From contig JAHJQJ010000083.1 in the NCBI GenBank assembly GCA_018819325.1, positions 1,067 to 65,066 on the forward strand: a DNA stretch of 64,000 nt, written 5' to 3'. The position numbers and the translations under genes are program-made. Within the stretch, counting starts at the first letter, position 1, and every line of letters begins with the position of its first letter. The notes beneath the pieces are model-generated. The model saw only the letters and a program-made list of their open reading frames with translations, was not told the origin of the DNA and did no database searches. Shown here in pieces: positions 58,212-64,000 of this stretch. Source of the stretch: Patescibacteria group bacterium (GTDB lineage Bacteria; Patescibacteriota; Microgenomatia; UBA1400; MFAQ01).

Positions 58212-59258
58212 TTAGTTTGACTCTTGGCGGATTTTGGTGGCTAGGTTGGCCCAGACTTGGTAACGAGCTTTTATTTTACTACTGGTTATTTTAGCGGGGA
58301 CGACGTTTTCTGCTGTAAAAGCATGGTTTAGCAAAGCGGCGGCGGCCATGTCTCTTTCTATTATTGAGTCGGCACCAGAAAGAATAACTACTACACTCAC
58401 ACTTTCTCTTTCGGCGGTAACTATGGTGGAATAACCGGCGTTTTCTGTGTAGGCAATTTTTAAACCGGTTACACCCGGGTAGACGCCAAGTAAGCCGTTC
58501 CAGTTGGGAAGATAGTAGTGATCATGAAATTGGGTTTTTTCTATATCTTGGTTGTCTGAGACGGCACTTTTAAGTATTTCTGGATAATTTTGTTGCACGT
58601 TGTGGATAAGTTTGGCTATGTCTTCTAAATTTGAGTACTGTTTTTGATCATCTAGTCCGTCTGGGTTGGTAAATCGGCTGTTTGTCATGTTTAAGTTTTG
58701 AGCTTTTTTGTTCATTAAATCAACAAAATCGGTAAGAGGTTCACCATATAGGCTGGCAACCCCCTCGGCTAAGGTTTGAGCGGCGTCGTTGGCCGATGTA
58801 GCTACGGAGGCTCTAACCAAATCGCTTACCGTTAACTGTTCGCCTGGTTTTAAACCTAAAATTGTAGGGACTTTGTTAACACTGTTTACGGTAGCAGTTA
58901 TATATTGCTCAGGATTAACTAAATCTAGAGCAACCTGTGTGGTTAGTAATTTGGTAAAGGAGGCTGGTGAGAAAGATTTTTGTTGATTTTTAGCGGCGTA
59001 AACTATTTGAGTTTCAGAGTTATATGAGAGATAGCGCGGAATGTTATTTAAGCTTGGTAGTGTTTCTGATTTAGAGTAATCTAAATTTTGAACTTTAGAT
59101 ATTTTTGGGAGAATTTTTGAGGTTAAGTCGAGTGAATGGGAACTTTTGGGAGAAATCAAGCTGGGTGAAAAAAAGAAATACAAGAAATAAGCAACACCTA
59201 TAAGACTAATTAGAAATAGCAACAGGGAGGGAAGTTTATTTAACTTTATTTTCACCAT
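58212..59258 (-). CDS. D-Ala-D-Ala carboxypeptidase (S11)
   Basis: PASFTK, SAND, NPDGLD; KTG motif reads KIA. Confidence 0.8.
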   Translation of the reverse strand: MVKIKLNKLPSLLLFLISLIGVAYFLYFFFSPSLISPKSSHSLDLTSKILPKISKVQNLDYSKSETLPSLNNIPRYLSYNSETQIVYAAKNQQKSFSPASFTKLLTTQVALDLVNPEQYITATVNSVNKVPTILGLKPGEQLTVSDLVRASVATSANDAAQTLAEGVASLYGEPLTDFVDLMNKKAQNLNMTNSRFTNPDGLDDQKQYSNLEDIAKLIHNVQQNYPEILKSAVSDNQDIEKTQFHDHYYLPNWNGLLGVYPGVTGLKIAYTENAGYSTIVTAERESVSVVVILSGADSIIERDMAAAALLNHAFTAENVVPAKITSSKIKARYQVWANLATKIRQESN

Positions 59259-60528
59259 TAATTACTTCTTTACCCATGTAAGGCACTAAGACTGGGGGGA
59301 CTTTAATAGAACCGTCTTCTTGTTGATATGTTTCCCAAACAGCTATAAGAGCTCTAACTGAAGGTAGGGCGGTGTTGTTTAACATATGAACAAACTTGGT
59401 TTCGCCCTTACTGGTTACGTATTTGATATTGGCTCTTCTTGCTTGAAAATCGGTCATGATGGAGTCTGAGCCGGTTTCACCGTAACTGTTTCTGCCAGGC
59501 ATCCAGGTTTCTAGGTCATATTTTTTGGCTTGTGGCTCCCCCATGTCACCAGTACACATAAGCATAACTTGATAATGCAAACCTAGGTCTTGTAAAATTT
59601 CTTCTGAGAATTCTAGCATTTTTTCGTGCCATTTTATTGATTCGTTTAGATCATTCTTACAAATTACTACTTGTTCTATTTTAGTGAACTCGTGGACTCT
59701 GTAAAAACCTTTGGTGTCTTTACCGTAGTTGCCTATTTCTCTTCTATAACAGGGCGAGTAGCCTACCATTTTTATGGGTAGATCCTTTTCTTTAAAGGTC
59801 TCACCAGCATACATGGAAACCAGTGGAACCTCGGCAGTTCCGGATAGGAAGTATTCATTGTCTGGATCGGTTTCGTCTGATGCCAACTTGTAAGCTTCTG
59901 ATTCGCCCCAAGGAAAGTGGCCGGAATTAATAAATGTCTGTCGTTTAGTTATTACTGGAGGGATGATTGGGGTGTAACCTTTTTCTACAAATTTTTTCAA
60001 GGCAAACTGCATCAGGGCGTTTTGCATTAAGACAGCGTCATTTTTTAGATAGTAACCTCTAAACCCAGCTACCTTGGATCCCCGTTCCAAATCGAGCATG
60101 TTTAAGTTTGTACCAAGTTCAATGTGGTTTTTGGGCTTAAAATCAAACCTTGGTTTCTCACCCCAAGTTTTAACTTGTCTATTGCCAGATTCGTCCTTGC
60201 CAATTGGCACGTCGTCTAGTGGAACGTTAGGAACCTGAAGCATAAGCTGTCCAAACTCTGTTTCTGTTTGCTTTAGTTGTGGTTCAATGTCTTGTAGGGC
60301 TTTTTTTTGCTCGGCGGCTTTTTTTAAAAGATCATCAGTTCTTTTTTGTTTAAGTTTATCGTTTAGAGTATTTCTTTGAGCACGTAAGACTTGGACAGTA
60401 CCCATTAGCTGACGGCGTTTTATGTCTATTTCTAGTAGATTACCAACCACCTTGGGGTTTAGACCCTTATTGGTGCAGGCTGTCTCTACCTTTTTTTTAT
60501 TTTCTCTAATAAAATTAATATCAAGCAT
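59236..60528 (-). CDS. serS: Seryl-tRNA synthetase
   Basis: GTAEVPL, RRE.G, RVHEF.K.EQ, FQARR. Confidence 0.95.
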   Translation of the reverse strand: MLDINFIRENKKKVETACTNKGLNPKVVGNLLEIDIKRRQLMGTVQVLRAQRNTLNDKLKQKRTDDLLKKAAEQKKALQDIEPQLKQTETEFGQLMLQVPNVPLDDVPIGKDESGNRQVKTWGEKPRFDFKPKNHIELGTNLNMLDLERGSKVAGFRGYYLKNDAVLMQNALMQFALKKFVEKGYTPIIPPVITKRQTFINSGHFPWGESEAYKLASDETDPDNEYFLSGTAEVPLVSMYAGETFKEKDLPIKMVGYSPCYRREIGNYGKDTKGFYRVHEFTKIEQVVICKNDLNESIKWHEKMLEFSEEILQDLGLHYQVMLMCTGDMGEPQAKKYDLETWMPGRNSYGETGSDSIMTDFQARRANIKYVTSKGETKFVHMLNNTALPSVRALIAVWETYQQEDGSIKVPPVLVPYMGKEVINGENKVK

Positions 60529-60561
60529 ATTCTGTAGTATATCACTAGTGTTTTTTGAGTA

Positions 60562-60590
60562 TTGACAACATGTTGTACAACATGTTACTA
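60562..60590 (+). promoter_or_regulatory. TA promoter with palindromic operator
   Basis: TTGACA overlapped by AACATGTTGTACAACATGTT; TACTAT -10. Confidence 0.6.
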
Positions 60591-60597
60591 TTAATGT

Positions 60598-60849
60598 ATG
60601 CTAAGAACATATTTATATATTCCCCAAGACCTAAATACAAAAATAAACACTTTGTCCGCAAACCAAAAGGTAAGCAAAGCAGAACTGATTCGACAAGCTT
60701 TAAGGGCGGGCTTAAAAAGGTTAGATACAGGAACTTCTAGTTCTGTTGAGTTATTATTAAAATTGAAAGACATAGGGGGTAGGCATGATTTAAAAGGGCC
60801 TGCTGATTTAACCAAAAACATGGATAACTATTTATGGAAAGCAAAGTAG
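60598..60849 (+). CDS. RHH antitoxin (VapB-like)
   Basis: RTYLYIP...SKAELIRQAL..D.YLW. Confidence 0.75.
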   Translation: MLRTYLYIPQDLNTKINTLSANQKVSKAELIRQALRAGLKRLDTGTSSSVELLLKLKDIGGRHDLKGPADLTKNMDNYLWKAK

Positions 60850-61283
60850 GCAGACTTTTAATAGTGGTGGATGCCGATGCAATTGTGGCTCAAGTTTTTA
60901 AAGGAGATTCTAACCATGCGCGAGCAACAGAAATTGTCCAAAAACTAATGAAGGCTGGGGTAAAAATTATCTACCCCGTAACGGCTGTGTGTGAAGCCGT
61001 GACCGTAATTCAAAGAGTATTAGGTAGTAAGATAGTGGCGCGCGAAACAGCTAAACTTTTTACCGAGTCTGACACCAGTGTGGTAAATGTGAATGGAGAA
61101 ATTTATTTTAAGGCCGTAAGTAAATATTTTTCAAATGCAGTAAGCAAAAAAGATACTATTTTTGACTGTTGCGTGGCAGCAGTTGCTGATGAATACCAAG
61201 CTGACGCTATTTTCAGCTTTGATGCTTTTTATAAGAAAAAGGGCTTTGTTCTTGCCTCTGAGCTAGTTAAAGACCTAAACTAG
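60834..61283 (+). CDS. PIN-domain toxin (VapC-like)
   Basis: VDAD, E, FDC, FSFD..Y. Confidence 0.8.
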   Translation: MESKVGRLLIVVDADAIVAQVFKGDSNHARATEIVQKLMKAGVKIIYPVTAVCEAVTVIQRVLGSKIVARETAKLFTESDTSVVNVNGEIYFKAVSKYFSNAVSKKDTIFDCCVAAVADEYQADAIFSFDAFYKKKGFVLASELVKDLN

Positions 61284-61830
61284 AGGAAATATCTTGCAGG
61301 GCTTTTAGGCAGATTTCTATAAACTGGGGAAGTTTTATGCCTAGTTTTTCTTCTGACATTTCTGCTGGTTCACGGTGAGCGCCGGTAGCAAAGGCTTTTT
61401 GCTTCCATTTTTTTAAGACTGAGTCTACGGAAACACTGGCTAGTTTCTTGTCTGGTTTAACCAAAGCACAGGCAATAATAAGGCCAGATAAATCATCGGA
61501 GCAATATAAGGCCCAGTCTAGTTTGGAGACTGGTTCTGGGGCATTTTTTTGCCAGCCCCAAGCGTGAGCTTTAATAGCCTGAATAATTTTTTTGTCTGCA
61601 TTTATATTCCCAAGTTCTTCAAAAATTTTGCTGGGGTGTTTCTCTGGTTCCTTGGCAAACATTTCGTAGTCGGCGTCGTGAAGTAAACCCACCAACCCCC
61701 ACAAGTCCTCGTCTTCTTTAAAGTATTTAGCCAAGGCCCGCATTTGAACCTCTACTGCCAGCATGTGTTTTACCAAGTTTTTGTTCTTAGTCCAGTTTTC
61801 TACTAGTTCTAACGCTTGATCTCGAGTCAT
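61267..61830 (-). CDS. HD-domain protein
   Basis: KH.L.VE, GLLHDAD. Confidence 0.85.
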   Translation of the reverse strand: MTRDQALELVENWTKNKNLVKHMLAVEVQMRALAKYFKEDEDLWGLVGLLHDADYEMFAKEPEKHPSKIFEELGNINADKKIIQAIKAHAWGWQKNAPEPVSKLDWALYCSDDLSGLIIACALVKPDKKLASVSVDSVLKKWKQKAFATGAHREPAEMSEEKLGIKLPQFIEICLKALQDISSSLGL

Positions 61831-61832
61831 GA

Positions 61833-63287
61833 TTATTTTTTTGGTTTAAGTGTGGGGAAAATGATGGTATCTTTTAGGTTATCACTGTCAGTGATAATGG
61901 CAGTGAAACGATCTATGCCCATTCCCCAACCAGCTGTTGGGGGCATGCCGTATTCCAGGGCTCGAATGTAGTCCTCGTCCATCATTTGGGCTTCCTCGAA
62001 GCCTGCATCGGCTAATTTTTTTTCTTCTTCCCAACGTGCCTTTTGGTCAACTGGATTATTTAGCTCTGAGTAAGCATTGAAAACTTCAAAACCTGATATG
62101 AGCAAGGCGACACTGGCGACCTTGCTTGGTTCGTCTGGTTTTCTTTTGGCTAGGGGTTTGGCTTCGTATGGGTGATCAATTAGGAAAACGGGGCCTTTGA
62201 TTTTGGGGCGAGAGTAGGTTTTGTAGAGTTCATCTAGGACATTAGCATAGCCGGTTATTCCCTTAAGATCGATTTTTATTTTCTTTTCCTTGATGGTTTT
62301 AAGTAAATCTGTTTCTGTAACAACTTTGTCGATGTCTATGTTTGTATCTTTTAGAACTATTCTACGGAAGGTGATTCTTTTCCAAGGGGGTTTGAAGTTT
62401 ATTTTTCGTCCTTGGTAGATTATTTGGTAACTACCGGCAACTTCTTTGACTGCTTTACTTAACATGTCTTCTGAAAGATCCATTAGGTCATTGTAGTCTG
62501 CGTAAGCCCAGTAAAACTCTATTTGGGTAAATTCTGGGTTGTGCTGGCGATCTATACCTTCGTTTCTGAAGTCTTTGGACACCTCGTAGACCTTTTCGTA
62601 ACCACCCACAATGAGCCGTTTTAGATAAAGTTCATTGGCAATACGAAGATAGAAATTGGCTTTTAAGGCATTGTGAAAGGTAGTAAAGGGTTTGGCGGTA
62701 GCACCACCATAGATTGGCTGGAGAATGGGTGTTTCCACTTCGCTAAAACCGTGGTTGTCTAAGTATTTTCTGAAATATGAAAGGAGCCTGGTGCGGGTAT
62801 CGAAGACCTTTCTGACGTCTGGATTTATAAGCAGGTCAACGTATCTCTGACGATAGCGTTCTTCGATATCTTTTAACCCATGCCACTGACTGGGTAAAGG
62901 TCTAAGTGACTTGGTGAGCAAGGTGAAACTGTTTACATCTATACTAATTTCCTCTGTTTTAGACTCGATTACCTTACCTGATACCCCAACTATATCTCCA
63001 ATATCTATAAGGGAAATTATTTCGCCATCCTTCTTATTTAAATTGTCTTGACGCAGAATTAGTTGAATTTTTCCGGTTTCGTCTACCAAGTCCATGAATA
63101 TCAGAGCTCCATGTCCACGGACAGACATAACTCTGCCAGCAGTTTGAGTGCTTGTTCCTAAAAGCTCACGACTTTTGGAGATTAAGTGTTTCTTGTCAAA
63201 TTTGTGGGCAAAGGGGTTAACTCCAAGTTTTCTTAGCTTTTCTATTTTTTCTAGTCTTTGGTCTTTGGTGTCTTGTAGCCGACTCAT
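61833..63287 (-). CDS. lysS: Lysyl-tRNA synthetase (class II)
   Basis: YRQRYVDL, FRNEG..HNPEFT, YGMPPTAG.G.GIDR. Confidence 0.95.
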   Translation of the reverse strand: MSRLQDTKDQRLEKIEKLRKLGVNPFAHKFDKKHLISKSRELLGTSTQTAGRVMSVRGHGALIFMDLVDETGKIQLILRQDNLNKKDGEIISLIDIGDIVGVSGKVIESKTEEISIDVNSFTLLTKSLRPLPSQWHGLKDIEERYRQRYVDLLINPDVRKVFDTRTRLLSYFRKYLDNHGFSEVETPILQPIYGGATAKPFTTFHNALKANFYLRIANELYLKRLIVGGYEKVYEVSKDFRNEGIDRQHNPEFTQIEFYWAYADYNDLMDLSEDMLSKAVKEVAGSYQIIYQGRKINFKPPWKRITFRRIVLKDTNIDIDKVVTETDLLKTIKEKKIKIDLKGITGYANVLDELYKTYSRPKIKGPVFLIDHPYEAKPLAKRKPDEPSKVASVALLISGFEVFNAYSELNNPVDQKARWEEEKKLADAGFEEAQMMDEDYIRALEYGMPPTAGWGMGIDRFTAIITDSDNLKDTIIFPTLKPKK

Positions 63288-63302
63288 GACCAATATTGTA
63301 GC

Positions 63303-63773
63303 TTATTTGATGGCTTTGATGGTGTAGACAATTGTGCCAGCTGGGGCTTCTACTTCTGCCTTGTCTCCTACTTTTTTACCAATCAGGGCTAAGCCCAGGG
63401 GTGATTTATGGCTGATTTTCTTAACTTGAGGGTCTGCTTCCCACTCGCCCACGATGGTAAAGGTGTGGTCGGAGTCGTTGATGGTAACATCTACTTGATG
63501 ACCGATGTTAATGGTAGAGTTACTGGTACTTTTTTTGATTATCTGACAACGGTTTAGGATGTCTGTTACATCTTCTATTCTGCCAACTAGAGTCAAGTGG
63601 TCTTCTTTGGCAGATTGGTATTCGTAGTTTTCTGATAAGTCACCCAGGGTTCTAGCCACAGAAATACGATTAATTGCCTTAGGCAATACCTTTTCCCTTA
63701 GGGTCTTGAGTTCATTTTTGAGCTCGTTGAACCCTTCTGGGGTTAGCTGGACTTTATTGTTGTTTATTGTCAT
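63303..63773 (-). CDS. greA: Transcription elongation factor GreA
   Basis: GDLSEN.EY..AK, IS..SP.G.AL.GK. Confidence 0.95.
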   Translation of the reverse strand: MTINNNKVQLTPEGFNELKNELKTLREKVLPKAINRISVARTLGDLSENYEYQSAKEDHLTLVGRIEDVTDILNRCQIIKKSTSNSTINIGHQVDVTINDSDHTFTIVGEWEADPQVKKISHKSPLGLALIGKKVGDKAEVEAPAGTIVYTIKAIK

Positions 63774-63949
63774 GTTTTATTATTTTTGCCATTTTTATCC
63801 TTCATTAAGCTTTTTAATTCTTAAGGCAGAACACTTTCCTTAGTTATTATTATTATTAGAAAACCGGGCAGATTTCCTACCGTGAATTGGTATTCTATGC
63901 TAATTTTAGTTGATTGTCAATAGATTTGAATGTAAAATCAGCCTTACAT

Positions 63950-64000
63950 GGCCCCATCGTCTAACGGTTAGGACATCAGGTTCTCAATCTGATAATTAGA
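63950..64000 (+). tRNA. tRNA-Glu(CTC), truncated by the window end
   Basis: GGCCCCATCGTCTAACGGTTAGGACA TCAGG TT CTC AA TCTGA. Confidence 0.85.

Overview
An AT-rich, gene-dense window that looks like a Patescibacteria/CPR (probably Microgenomates) chromosome. That call is inferred from leaderless promoters, a 23S gene with introns and no linked 16S, and a large GT-C glycosylation cluster. From left to right it contains: (1) a surface-glycosylation cluster (Wzx flippase, six GT-C-type and three GT2 genes) with a RelE/Phd pair and alkA; (2) a non-canonical integron-like platform at 13.7-20.85 kb; (3) trmD and envelope genes; (4) tRNA-Ala, 23S and 5S without 16S, the 23S carrying two ORF-less group I introns, one in the peptidyl-transferase loop (after U2504) and one in the sarcin-ricin loop (after U2656); (5) ftsEX with a circularly permuted M23 protein, prfB and a MacAB-like ABC system; (6) an accessory island (Fic, Bro-N, AbiE, AAA_14 and gene fragments) punctuated by a 25-bp palindrome; (7) a double TasA/SipW locus; (8) secA, serS, VapBC, lysS, greA and a truncated tRNA-Glu. 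The integron-like platform is the best candidate for an undescribed system. It has a short, frameshifted tyrosine recombinase lacking the IntI-specific insertion, and six co-oriented cassettes separated by five attC-like sites that share a branched three-way-junction fold. Each cassette also carries its own terminal inverted repeats, two of them interrupted by an identically placed 70-bp module. Several short palindromic repeat families are scattered throughout, including in-frame inside proteins. All protein calls are by motif recognition; no database searches were run.
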